Shown here in pieces: positions 51,201 through 62,595 of a DNA stretch of 64,000 nt. Both the position numbers and the translations under genes were made by a program. Each line of letters opens with the position of its first letter. Position 1 is the first letter of the stretch. The notes beneath the pieces were generated by a model that was not told the DNA's origin, did not search any database, and was given only the letters and a program-made list of their open reading frames with translations. The stretch comes from Zancudomyces culisetae HAW-14-8 (Eukaryota > Fungi > Kickxellomycota): positions 2,858,670-2,922,669 of the forward strand of contig JBNJNM010000006.1 of NCBI GenBank assembly GCA_052426225.1, given 5' to 3'.

Positions 51201-52241
51201 TTCTGGCTCGGGGGTGGTGACTGGGGTATTTTTATGAAATGGCCGGGATCTGACGACTGGTTCTCTTGGCTCAATTTTCTTCAGGATTGCTTTGGGAAGT
51301 TCAGGTCTGAGTGGTACTTTTGGCACAGGGGTTACTGGACGACGGGGCTCAGGAATTTGCTTGACAACATGGTTATCTACTGGGTTCTCAATAGCTGCGG
51401 GTTTGGGCAAACTTTGGGTTTCAGGTTCTGGAGTGACTGATTGGACTGGTGCAGGAACAGGAACAGGAACAGGAAGAATCTCTTCAATTCTGGCGTATGG
51501 ATTTGACGGAGCTGGGCTGGGGAGATCAGGAGACGGAGGCGGTGAAAATCTTTGATTTTCAGTGTTTGAATCGTCCAACTTGACCGATTCGAGCAACTTG
51601 GCACTGTGTGGAAGCAGGGTAGTTGATAATCTATTCAACACCCTTTGGAGGATAGTTGAGTTTGTGGACGTATTCTGGCTAATATTTTGTTCTACTGGAT
51701 CTGGATCTGGTTCATCAGGTGACTTGAACACGGCCTGGATGGAGTGGGTATCAACACAATTTGTACTGCAAAAGTCAGAGTCGAAGTGGATCTGGAGGTC
51801 TGGCCAAGTTATACTAGGATTGTGTTTGCGTAACCAGGGTAATCCAAAAATAATGTCAGCGTGATTGGTTGGAATCGGGATAAGGTCTAGGTATTCAGAG
51901 TGGTTAGGACCGGACTTGATATGGGCATTATCAACCTTGACATTTATGCCCCCTGGGTATATCTGGTGACCATCAACACTTTCTAGGACGATGGTTTTTT
52001 CTGCTTCTTTGGTTGGGAGGTTTAGTTTTTCTAATAAATCTTGACGAATAAAGTTGGCTGAAGCACCGGAGTCCACTAATGCAACAAGTTCGTGTAGATT
52101 ATTTAAAACAACTTTAATATGAAATTTATTACTAGAAATATTAGAATTATTTGCTACGCTCAGGAGTAACTCCCGGACTACATCTGAGCACTGTCTTTTG
52201 GCACCCCAGGTATAGGGGGTCTTGGCCTGCGGAGCGGACAG
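48243..52241 (-). CDS. pol: Pol of A2 (PR-RT-RH-IN-chromodomain), intact, probably expressed by -1 frameshift
   Basis: 1277-aa ORF 48243-52076 with all catalytic motifs; the frame stays open upstream to 52241, overlapping the gag end. Confidence 0.93.
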   Translation of the reverse strand: MSAPQAKTPYTWGAKRQCSDVVRELLLSVANNSNISSNKFHIKVVLNNLHELVALVDSGASANFIRQDLLEKLNLPTKEAEKTIVLESVDGHQIYPGGINVKVDNAHIKSGPNHSEYLDLIPIPTNHADIIFGLPWLRKHNPSITWPDLQIHFDSDFCSTNCVDTHSIQAVFKSPDEPDPDPVEQNISQNTSTNSTILQRVLNRLSTTLLPHSAKLLESVKLDDSNTENQRFSPPPSPDLPSPAPSNPYARIEEILPVPVPVPAPVQSVTPEPETQSLPKPAAIENPVDNHVVKQIPEPRRPVTPVPKVPLRPELPKAILKKIEPREPVVRSRPFHKNTPVTTPEPEYSLDPDPVTFAVSESPLEYLEEFPQLPVIYSEFKEVFNPKSAVSLPPHRRYDCPVNTKEGYTPYWGPIYPLSEVELESLRGYIRENLTNGFIRRSVSPAGAPIMFVKKKSGDLRLCVDYRRLNEATIKNRYPLPRIDEAFDRLRTAKVFTKLDLKGAYNLVRIKEGDEWKTAFRCRYGHFEYQVMPFGLTNAPATFQHFINDVLRDVLDLYAIAYLDDILIFSNDTDTHISHVKSVLKKLLENGLYCNAEKCHFHIREVEFLGHVVSSDGIATDPAKVKCVKEWLPPTNVKEVQKFLGFANYYRKFIPYFSLKALPITRLLKKDTPFVWSKEAGEAFNTLIQDLTTSPVLRYPDPGKQFILETDASDYAIGAALSQEDENGDLRPCAYYSYKLNTAESNYNIYDKELLAIIKALKEWRHHLEGSSIPFKILTDHKNLETFKNLKSLNRRHARWSLDLSRFSFIITYRPGSQGGKPDALSRLPNHTPDKVANNNIIGEDHFIDIISIVDSDFAQEIAKSSKAHLEGLLDAARYQSSHKSNEPVEVEDGIVMLGNRVVVPDKMKPQVVSSRHDSGPAGHFGAKKTLELVEREFWFPGMRKFIKEFVQTCDTCNRSKDRRHKVYGKLLPLPAPSGPWKSITMDFITDLPPSNKHTTIMVVVDRFTKMSHFIPLKKLPSSEETASAFFTHVFKLHGLPDVIISDRGTQFSSKFWSSLFKLLKVDTRMSTAFHPETDGQTERVNQTLEQYLRCFINYQQDNWFELLPIAEFAYNNTLHSSTNTSPFFALYGYHPRFDPQITKNVHVPSASDRIKQLKELQSALTSILNKKSQEYKKYADVNRSEHPKYKLGDKVWLSSQNIKTQRPSKKFDHRLLGPFTISKIINPVSVRLDLPPSMKIHNTFHVSLLEPYIEPSSNRRLIDSPPPPLIINGNKEYEVKAILDSKLVRGKKYYLVDWKGFDISERSWEPIENINAPQLLKKYYKTYHNKP

Positions 52242-53131
52242 TTACGGAGAATGTGGTTCGGCTGACCACAGTATAGACAAAGATTATTGGCTAATCTTCT
52301 CTGACGTTCGGCTGTATCTAGCGGTGCTCTTGGACGGGAGGTGACGGCATCAACGTCCATTGGTTCAGGAGCCTGGTAATCTGGGACAGGCATGGCTGGA
52401 CGGGGGAAGACCGGTGGAGCCGGAGTACTCCAGTTGCGGAATGGGACGCTTCTCTTGGGCAGGTAGGCACTGCGGGCATTGATTCTGTTCTCAAGCTCAA
52501 TCACCTGATCAATGAGCTGGTCCAAGGTGTTTGGTAGCGGTTCAGTGGCAAGGCGCTGGACAAGGCTAGTATCCAATCCGATGTAAAACAGGTGAATTTT
52601 GGCTGGCTCGTTGAATCCACTGAGAGAGGCGAGGTTTCTGAACTCGGTTGCAAATTCCAGGACGGAACGCTGGGACTGGCGACAACTATGAAGCTGGGTG
52701 ATAGCTCGGGCTTGGTGGCCAGGATCTGAGAATCTCTTTTGAAATTCATTCTCAAACCCTTTGAAATCTGAGAGCAACGGTGATTGGGTATCGATAAGGT
52801 TATCGAACCACAGGGCAGCATGACCGGCAAGGTGAGAACTGATGAACCATATCTTGTTATGGTCACTCTGGAACACGTCTGGTCTGGCCCAGAACTGGCG
52901 CTTGATCTCGGCGGTGAAGGCTCGGAACCTTCCTGATTCTCCTGAGTATTTCTGGATTTCTGGTATTCTGATACCATCAATCCTTGGCTGCGGATTTGGT
53001 GCAGGCAAATTCTGCAACTGACTGGGGACTTGAGCGGGTGTCTGGGCTTGAGCCTGGGCTTGAGCTTGACTATCTTGCAAAGCTTGTTGCATAGCTAATT
53101 TTGCGATCTCATCTAATTGGTGGACCATCAT
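52178..53131 (-). CDS. gag: Gag of A2
   Basis: One amino-acid difference from A1 Gag in the ORF track; CCHC knuckle. Confidence 0.92.
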   Translation of the reverse strand: MMVHQLDEIAKLAMQQALQDSQAQAQAQAQTPAQVPSQLQNLPAPNPQPRIDGIRIPEIQKYSGESGRFRAFTAEIKRQFWARPDVFQSDHNKIWFISSHLAGHAALWFDNLIDTQSPLLSDFKGFENEFQKRFSDPGHQARAITQLHSCRQSQRSVLEFATEFRNLASLSGFNEPAKIHLFYIGLDTSLVQRLATEPLPNTLDQLIDQVIELENRINARSAYLPKRSVPFRNWSTPAPPVFPRPAMPVPDYQAPEPMDVDAVTSRPRAPLDTAERQRRLANNLCLYCGQPNHILRNCPLRRPRPPIPGVPKDSAQM

Positions 53132-55774
53132 TAACTCTTCAACCAATAATTAGAAGTTTCCCAAAATGTCAGGAAACTAATTTATTTAAGTTGGGAAACT
53201 TAATGTTCCCAAGTTAGGATTCAAAGGTAATTAAATATGATTAAAAATAAATATTAAAACTTATGGGTAAATAATGCGATTCTGACAGCTTTGTGAAATC
53301 GACATTTTTCCAGTTTAGCATAAAGTGAATTATTCCGGGGTCTTCTTAATATTTCTTTTACATGCTCAATATGGTCTTCTAATATTGTACTATAAACCAG
53401 TATATCATCTAAATATACTACTGCAAAACTATCTAAGCAGTCTGATAATACATCATTCATGAAACATTGAAACGATGCTGGAGCATTGCAGAATCCGAAT
53501 GGCATAACTCTATATTTAGAGTGACCGTATCTCGTACGGAATGCAGTATTCATTCTTCTCCCTTAGCGATTCTTATTAAATTATAAGCGCCTCTTAAATC
53601 GATTTTTTAAAATATTTTCGCTTGTCTGAATCTGTCGAGTAACTATCCTATTAAAGTTAAAGATACCTGATTTAATTGACAAATATTTAATCCTCTATAA
53701 TCAACGCATTTTCTTAAAGATCCAACTTTCTTTTTTACAAAAAGTATAGGAGAGCCAGCTGGAGATGATGAAGGATGAATAAAACCTTTATCTAAATATA
53801 CTTTCAAATAATCACAAAGTGCTGCAAGTTCTGTTTCAGATAGTGATTAAATTGGTACAATGGTGGTTGTGAGCCTGGTGTTAACGGAATTTTATGATCA
53901 TATGTACGATGAGGTGGTAAATTATTAGCTGCTTTTTCGTCGAATACAATATAAATTCAGAATATTGCGATGGTATAATAGTTATTTCTGATATTTCTGA
54001 TATTAATGTGCAAGTTATTGTGTGTGTAGAACATTGATTTTGTTGTTTACTACAATTATTTTGGCAATATTCTGATATGAAATACAACTTATCTAAATTC
54101 CCCTATGTGTATTTTATGGGTTCTCAGCCAGTTTATTCCAATAATTACAGGGTATTTTCCCAATTTGGTTAAATCAAATGATATAGTTTTGTGATGATTA
54201 TAAGTGTTATGTTGAATAGGTATTGTATTGTGTGTTATGGAGTCTGACGAAATTAATCTTCCGTCAATTACTAGTAGCGGAATTGGTAATTTTTTTAATA
54301 CTAATGGTATGTTATTAGTCTTGGCAAAAGTAGAATCAATGAAGCAATTAGTTGCACCCGAATCAATCATGGCAACGGTTTATATCGGGGTATTGTTTAC
54401 CCGAAGGGTTACTGATACTATAAGGTGCGCGTTAACTTTATTTGTTGACATATTTAAATGTTCCAGGTCAAGATTCTTATTAATTGTGGAATTAATTTTT
54501 AAGTTGCAGTCAGGTATAGATTCAGGCTTGAGTTCAGGCTTAAGTTCAGGTTTTGAGTGTAGTACGGGTTTAGTTTTAATTATAAGTTCAGATTTGATTT
54601 CAGGTTTAAGTTCAGTATTAAGTTCAGGTTTGACTTCAGATTTGGTTTCATGTATATTTTCAGAGTTATAGTTGGATTAGTAGAATGTATCTTTTACATT
54701 TAATTCAAGTGTTAGATTGGTTATTTCAGTAGTGTATATTTTATTGTATATTGTAAAGGTAGATTTACTTCAGATTAATATAAACTTCCGGATGTTTCAT
54801 TAGCGGCAATAATTAAAAGGTATATATTTTTGGTTGAAGTGGACGGTTTAGGATAATTAGATACGCTCAAGACTACGTCCGAAAATTGTCTTGAGCTTAA
54901 TTGTTTTCCTTAATAATACTTGCAGATATAGTATTTGGTACCTTTATTTGCGGGCGACGAGGACAAGATGAAATGACATGATCTGGATTACCACAGTATA
55001 GACAAAGATTAAGGTCGCGGCGGCGTTGTTTTTCAGTCTGAGTGAGTGGTGGGCGACGAGATGAAGCTATGTCAATTTCCATTTGTTGCACCCGAGGCTG
55101 TGTTATGTTTATTAAATTGTTGATTGATGGTGTAGAGTTATCCAAATTTTGCATGTGCATTGGGCGAGGGCAAAACGTTTTTTCAAGGTTTCTATCAAAT
55201 AGTCTATTGTCAATTTTTATGGCGAGGTCAATAAATTCTGAAAAGTTGTCAGGTCTATCTAAACGGGCTAATAAATCCTTAATGTCTTTTTTAAGTCATT
55301 CATAAAATTGGCTACAGAGTGCTGCGTCATGCCAGGAAATAAGTGTGGAAATACGACAAAATTCTGTAGCATAAGTGGCTGCGGATCCCAACTGGTGAAG
55401 TTTTCTGAGTTGACGTTCAGCTGTCAAAGATTGGTGTGGATTTCCGAAAACAGATAAAGTTCGTTTATGAAAATGTCAAAATTTTCCAGGATTGGTTCAT
55501 GATCATTAGATTCTAGTAACGGTTGTAACCACGAGAAAGCAGGTCCACGAAGGAAAGTAGAAGCAAAAATGACTTTCTGAGTATCTGTTGAAGATCTTGA
55601 GGGTTGAGCTTGTATGACTAATTGGACTTGTGCTACAAAGATTCTTTGTTGGTATCTATTGCCACTAAAGTATTCAGGATCTGCTACTCTTGGTGCTCTA
55701 GCCACTGGTAACACGTTTGCTTGATTATTTCTTAACATATTTAAGCGGAGCTGAAGATCGTCTAATTGGGTTGC

Positions 55775-56165
55775 TGTCATGATCCATTCATGACATTATT
55801 GCTATAATTATTATGTTATTAAAAATTGCAAATGTTAATTTTATTAACGTTTTCTCCGCTTTAATTCTAACTCATAAATTATTAATTATGGAGTAAGAAT
55901 TAATAATTATTATTAATTTGGTTTTACCCCATATTATTAAATGTTAACTGTGGAGTTGACAGTTAATATTATTTAGTTTAAGTTATAGTTTAATTATAGT
56001 TTTTATTATGATTTCAATTAATTTTGTAAATTGTAAAACAATATAAGGAAAATGATTTATTGCTTTAATAAACTTTAGCAATAAAATATTTTTCATCTCT
56101 TAGTATTTTATTTAATAAATATAGCCATAGTTAATACAAATAGTACTTAGTGTCAAGTCGTGACA
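55775..56165. mobile_element. Solo LTR K2 in E1 gag, TSD GTTGC
   Basis: GTTGC-TGTCATGA...GTGACA-GTTGC. Confidence 0.9.
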
Positions 56166-56283
56166 GTTGCCATCCTATGTAATTCATTAATATGACTTAC
56201 AGTCATTGTTACTAGTGCATTAAGGTCTTCGTAATTATTCTCTGACATGATAGTAGTAGTTAATATGTATTGATCTGACAAAC

Positions 56284-59200
56284 TGTCATGAACTTGTTTA
56301 TTTTGGTGTAATTTGGTGATTATTAATTACTACTATAAAATATATTTATTGTTGACAATTGTTGTCAGATAAGTTTTTCTGAAGGAATAAAGAATGCTAT
56401 TTAAACTTTTTGTTTGTAATATATAAATTTAAATTAATGACTAAAATGTTGCATAAATAGAAAGTAGTTAAAATTAAAGAACTATTTAAAGTAAAGTTGT
56501 GTTTTGTGCTAGATTCAATATTAAACATGTTTAAAATCATATTTCTGATTCATCCAAATCATGTTTGATAATGTTTGTTGATTTAAATTGAAACTGTTAA
56601 ATATTAGTTTATGACAGTATTCCCTCTCTTAGTGTCGATCTCTGAGCGACATTGGTTTATTCGGGTTTTCATTATGGTACATTTCCACAAGTTCTTTTGT
56701 ATTTGTTAGATGTTCGGCTGGTTACCAAGTTCTTTCGCTTGCGTCGTACCCTTTCCAGTCCACTAGATATTGTAGTTTATCCTATTTAATACGACTGTCT
56801 AATATTTGTTCGACTTCGTATTCTGATATTCCATCAACTAGTACCGGTAATGGAGCTTCCTGAATTTGGCCTTCAATATTGTTGTTAGTTACTGGTTCTA
56901 GAATAGAAACGTGAAAGACAGGATGTACTTTCATAGTCGTAGGAAGTTGAAGTTTGTATGCTACTTTGCTTAATTTTATAACTATTGTGAATGGACCTAA
57001 TTTAGTATAATCTAGTTTGTTATTTGGTCTGTTAGTTAAATATATTTTCTATTTAACCACACTTTTGATCCTATATTAAACTCGCGTTCTGCTTGTTTGT
57101 TTTTAGTATATGCTTTAGCATATCTTTCATTTGTATTTTTAATATTATTTATAAGTTCCTTGTAAATTTGTAACATTTTCTGAGTTAAATCTGTGATTAT
57201 GGGCGAGTTACTGGGTGGAGTCAAAATATTTGATCGAAATATTGAAGGATGATATCCAGTATTAGCGTAGAATGGTGAAAATATTGTAGTTGAGTGTTGT
57301 GAGTTATTATATGCAAATTCTGCAAGTGCTAATAAATCATGCCCGTTTGTTTGGTTGAAGTTACAATAAATTCTGATATACTGTTCTAAAACTAGGTTTA
57401 CTCGTTCCGTTTGACCATCCGTTTGTGGATGGTATGCTGTTGACATATTTAATTTTATATTTAATACTTTGGTAATAGTATTCCAAAATTTTGAAGTGAA
57501 GATAGAACCTCTATCAGAGACGATACCTTTTGGCAGTCCTTGAAGTTTAAATATGTTATTGATAAATAGTTTTGCTGTTTGTTGTGTGTAGATATTGTTA
57601 TTTGTTGGAATAAAATGCGCCATTAGTGTTAGTCTATCTACAATAACCAATACTGAATCGTAAGTTTGTGACCTGGTAACCCAACAATATAATCCATAGA
57701 AATTGATTCCCACGGTTTTTCTAGAATCTGTAAAGGTTGTAATTGACCATATGGTTTGTGTCTTATCGGTTTACATCTGCAACATTGATCGCATGAGTTA
57801 TTATAATTTTTAATCATTTTTCTCATTTTTGGCCAATAATAGTATCTTGAAATCAGTTCAAAGGTTTTAGAATGTCCGAGTGTCCAGCAATAGGCGAATC
57901 GTGAAATTATTTGAGTAGTAGTAGTTTGATTTCAATGTTATATGGAATGTATGTTTTACCTTTAAAAGTAAGTACTTCATTGTCGTACTTATAATCATTT
58001 AAGTTTGGATATTCAGAGTTAGATATATTGTTAATATGTTTCAATTTAGAAATAATGGAATTAACTTTAATATCTTTGTTGTAGCTACTATTTAATATAG
58101 TTTTATCAAATTTATTAGCAACCATTGGTTCTACTGCTGCAATTATCAATTGTTCTGGCTTTAGCAAACTTTTATTATTACGTAGAGCGTCATCCCCATC
58201 CTTAGGCAAATGAACCGGGCGTCGGGAATAAGCATCGGGTTTCCCGTTAGATGAACCAGTTGCGTATTTAATAATGAAATTATAATTTCCTAATAATTCT
58301 GCCCATCGTGCTTGACGCCTATTCTTAGTATTAGTGGTAGTCAAATATTCTAGATTTTTATGGTCAGTTAAAACCGTAATTTGAAGTAATGCTCCTTCGA
58401 AGTATGATTTCCATTCTTTAAAGCCTCAATTATGGCTAACGTTTCATTATCGTAAATTTCGTAGTTGATTTCAGCAGGTTGTAACTTTCTGGAATAATAT
58501 GCTATAGGATGTAAACTGTTATTATCGTTGCGTTGTGATATAACTCCTCCAATTGCGAAGTCTGATGATCAGTTTCGATAGTAATTGATTTATTCGGATC
58601 AAAATATTATAAAATGTACAGTTGTAAATGCTTTTTTCAATTGATCGAAAGAGTTTTGTGCTTCAGACTCCAGTTCCATTTTTCATTTTTTCGTAACAAT
58701 TTTGTTATAGGTGTCACAATCTTTGAAAAATTTATTATAAATTTCTATAGAAATTTGCAAAACCGAATAACGTTTGAATTTCTTTTATTGAGGTTGGTGC
58801 AGGCCATGTACTTACAGCTATTGTCTTTGTTATATCCATACTTACCCCTTTATCGGAAACAATATATCCCAAGAATTCGACTTCTGCTTTGTGAAATCGA
58901 CATTTTTCCAGTTTAGCATAAAGTGAATTATTCTGGAGTCTTCTTAATATATCTTTTTCATGTTTAATATGGTCTTCTAATGTTGTACTATAAACCAGTA
59001 TATCATCTAAATATACTACTGCAAAACTATCTAAGCAGTCAGATAATACATCATTCATAAAATATTGAAACGATGCTGGAGCATTGCAGAGTCCGAATGG
59101 CATAACTCTATATTCATAGTGACCGTATCTCGTACGGAATGCAGTATTCATTCTTCTCCCTTAGCTATTCTGATTAAATTATTAGCGCCTCTTAAATTGA

Positions 59201-62196
59201 TTTTAGTTAATATTTATGCTTGTCTGAATTTGTCGAGTAACTCTCCGATTAAAGGTAAGAGATACCTGATTTAATTGACAAATATTTAATACTCTATAAT
59301 CAACGCATTATCTTAAAGATCCAACTTTCTTTTTTACAAAAAGTATAGGAGAGCCAGCAGGAGATGATGAAGGATGAATAAAACCTTTATCTAAATTTTC
59401 TTTCAAATATATACAAAGTGCTGCGAGTTCTGTTTCAGATAGTGAACATATTGGTCTCAATGGTGGTTGTGAGCCTGGTGTTAACGGAATTTTATAATCA
59501 TATGTACGATGAGGTGGTAAATTATTAGCTGCTTTTTCGTCGAATACATCTTTAAATTCTGAATATTCCGATGGTATACGAGTTATATCTGATTTTTCTG
59601 GAATTTATGTACAAGTTATTGTGTGTGTAGAACAATGATTTTGATGAATACTACAATTATTTTGGCAATATTCAGATATGAATTACAACTTATCTAAATT
59701 CCACTCTATGTGTGGATTATGGGTTCTCAGCCAGTTTATTCCAATAATTACAGGGTATTTTCCCAATTTGGTTACATCAAAAGATATAGTTTTGTGATGA
59801 TTATAGGTGTTAAGTTGAATTGGTATTGTATTGAGTGTTATGGAGCCTAACGAAATAAATCTTCCGGCAATTACTAGTAGCGGAATTGGTAATTTTTTTA
59901 ATACTACTGGAATGTTATTAGTCTTGGCAAAAGAGAATCATTGAAGCAATTAGTTGCACCCGAATCAATCATGGCAACGGTTTTTATCAGGTTATTGTTT
60001 ACCCGAAGAGTTACTGATACTATAAGGTGAGAGTTAACTTTATTGTTGACATATTTAAATGTTCCAGGTCAAGATTCGTATTGATTGTGAAATTAATTTT
60101 TAAGTTGCAGTCAATTTTAGATACAGGCTTGAGTTCAGGTTATGAGTATAGTACGGGTTTAGTTTTAATTATAAGTTCAGATTTGATTTCAGGTTTAAGT
60201 TCAGTTTTGACTTCAGATTTGGTTTCAGGTTTATATTCAGAGTTATAGTTGGAGTAGTAGAATGTATTTTTTACATTTAATTCAGGTGTTAGATTGGTTA
60301 TTTCAGTAGTGTATATTTTATTGTTAAATAGTAAAGGTAGATTTACTTCAGCTTGATATAAACTTCCGGATGTTTCATTAGCGGCAATACTTAAAATGTA
60401 AAGATTTTTGGTTGTAAGGGAAGGTTTGGGTTAATTAGATAGGCTCAAGACTACGTCCGAAAATTGTCTTGAGCTTAATTGTTGTCCTTAATAATATTTG
60501 CAGATATAGTATTTGGTACCTTTATTTGCGGGCGACAAGGACAAGATGAAATGACATGAACAGGATTACCACAGTATAGACAAAGATTAAGGTCGCGGCG
60601 GCGTTGTTTTTCAGTCTGAGTGAGTGGTGGGCGACGAGATGAAGTTCCGTCAATTTCCATTTGTTGCACCCGAGGCTGTGTTATGTTTATTAAATTGTTT
60701 CTTGATGGTGTAGAGAATCCAAATTTTGAGTGTGCATTGGGCGAGGACGAAACGATTTTTCAAGGTTTCTTTCAAATAATCTGTTGTCGATTTTTATAGC
60801 GAGGTCAATAAATTCTGATAAGTTGTCAGGTCTATCAAAACATGCTAATAATTCCTTAATGTCTTTTTTAAATCCTTCATAAAATTGGCTAATGAGTGCT
60901 GCGTCATGCCAGGACATAAGTGTGGAAATACGACAAAAATCAGTAGCATAGGTGGCTGCGGATCCCAACTGGCGAAGTTTTCTGAGTTGACGTTCAGCTG
61001 TCAAAGATTGGTGTGGATTTCCGAAAACACGATGAATTTCGTTTATGAAAATGTCAAAATTTTCCAGGATTGGTTCTTGATCATTTGATTCTAGAAACGG
61101 TTGTAGCCACGAGAAAGCAGGTCCACGAAGGAAAGTAGAAGCAAAAATGACTTTCTGAGTATCTGTTGAAGATCTTGAGGGTTGAGCTTGTATGACTAAT
61201 TGGACTTGTGCTACAAAGATTCTTTGTTGGTATCTATTGCCACTAAAGTATTCAGGATCTGCTACTCTTGGTGCTCTAGCCACTGGTAACACGTTTGCTT
61301 GATTATTTCTTAACATATTTAAGCGGAGCTGAAGATCGTCTAATTGGGTTGCTGTCATGATCCATTCATGACATTATTGCTATAATTATTATGTTATTAA
61401 AAATTGCAAATGTTAATTTTATTAACGTTTTCTCCGCTTTAATTCTAACTCATAAATTATTAATTATGGAGTAAGAATTAATAATTATTATTAATTTGGT
61501 TTTACCCCATATTATTGAATGTTAACAGTGTAGTTGACAGTTAATATTATTTAGTTTTAAGTTATAGTTTAAGAATAGTTATTATTATGTTATACAATTA
61601 ATTTTGTATATTGTAAAACTATAAGAGGACAAGGATTTATTGCTTTTGGAAACTTTAACAATTAAATAATTTTCATCTCATAGGATTATATTATATAAAT
61701 CATAGCCATAATTAATATAAATAGTACTTAGTGTCAAGTCGTGACTGTTACCATCCTATGAATTCATTAAAATGACTTACAGTCATTGTTAATAATGCAT
61801 TAAGGTCTTTGTTATTATTCTCTGACATGATAGTTGTAGTTAATATATATTGAATTGACAAACTGTCATGAACTTGTTTATTTTGATGAAATTTGGTGAT
61901 TATTTAGTACTACTATAAAATATATTTATTGTTGACACTTGTTGTTAGATAAGTTTTTCTGAAGTAAAAGTTATGCTAATATAAGTTTTTGTTTGTAATA
62001 TATAAATTTAATAATAAAGACTAAAATGTTGCATAAATAGAAAGTTGTTAAAATTAATGAACTATTTAAAGTAAAGTTGTGTTTTGAGCTAGTTTCAATA
62101 TTAAACATGTTTAAAAGCATATTTCTGATTCATCCAAATCATTTTTGATATTGTTAGTTGATTTAAATTGAAACTGTTTAATATTAGTTTATGACA
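56284..62196 (-). mobile_element. Decayed full-length chromovirus E2 with 333-bp LTRs 61864-62196 and 56284-56616
   Basis: gag, PR, RT (58735-59151), RH, IN (57036-57826), chromodomain ~56690-56830, PPT AAGAGAGGGAATAC at 56630-56617; many stops and frameshifts. Confidence 0.9.
61353..61746. mobile_element. Solo LTR K3 in E2 gag, at the same site as K2
   Basis: GTTGC-TGTCATGA...GTGACT-GTTAC. Confidence 0.88.
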
Positions 62197-62447
62197 ATCA
62201 GTTGGATTTTTTCATTGGTGGCTTTATATATTATAGTAAAACAGTGAGCTTCAATGATTTTAGCTAGCTTTAAGTTCCAGGAGTGTTACTGTTTTTACTG
62301 CAATGAATTTAAGCGTGTTAGGACATATCTTATTATTATCAATTTCAGATATTTTATGAAGAGTTTCTCATTCAGGTTGATAAATTTGCAGTCATTTGAA
62401 GCGATTATGTTAGCAGTTTTCATGAAGATTCGATTGATTTTGGGAAC

Positions 62448-62595
62448 GGGTTAGGGATAGAGATAGGGATAGGGATAGGGATAGGGTTAGGGTTAGGGAT
62501 AGGGATAGGGTTAGGGATAGGGATAGGGATAGGGATAGGGATAGGGATAGGGATAGGGATAGGGATAGGGATAGGGATAGGGATAGGGATAGGGA
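62448..62595 (+). repeat. Telomere-proximal variant repeats (ATAGGG with a few TTAGGG)
   Basis: About 20 ATAGGG units directly visible. Confidence 0.9.

Larger units (their letters stand above)
47681..53287 (-). mobile_element. Chromovirus element A2, apparently intact, TSD GCTTT
   Basis: LTRs 53167-53287 and 47681-47801 identical by eye; TSD 47676-47680 and 53288-53292; uninterrupted gag and pol. Confidence 0.97.
47183..56616 (-). mobile_element. Decayed chromovirus E1, 3'-truncated in RNase H, interrupted by A2 and K2
   Basis: LTR 56284-56616; gag 54897-56230; PR 54089-54370; RT 53288-53950 continuing at 47183-47680 across the GCTTT TSD. Confidence 0.85.
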
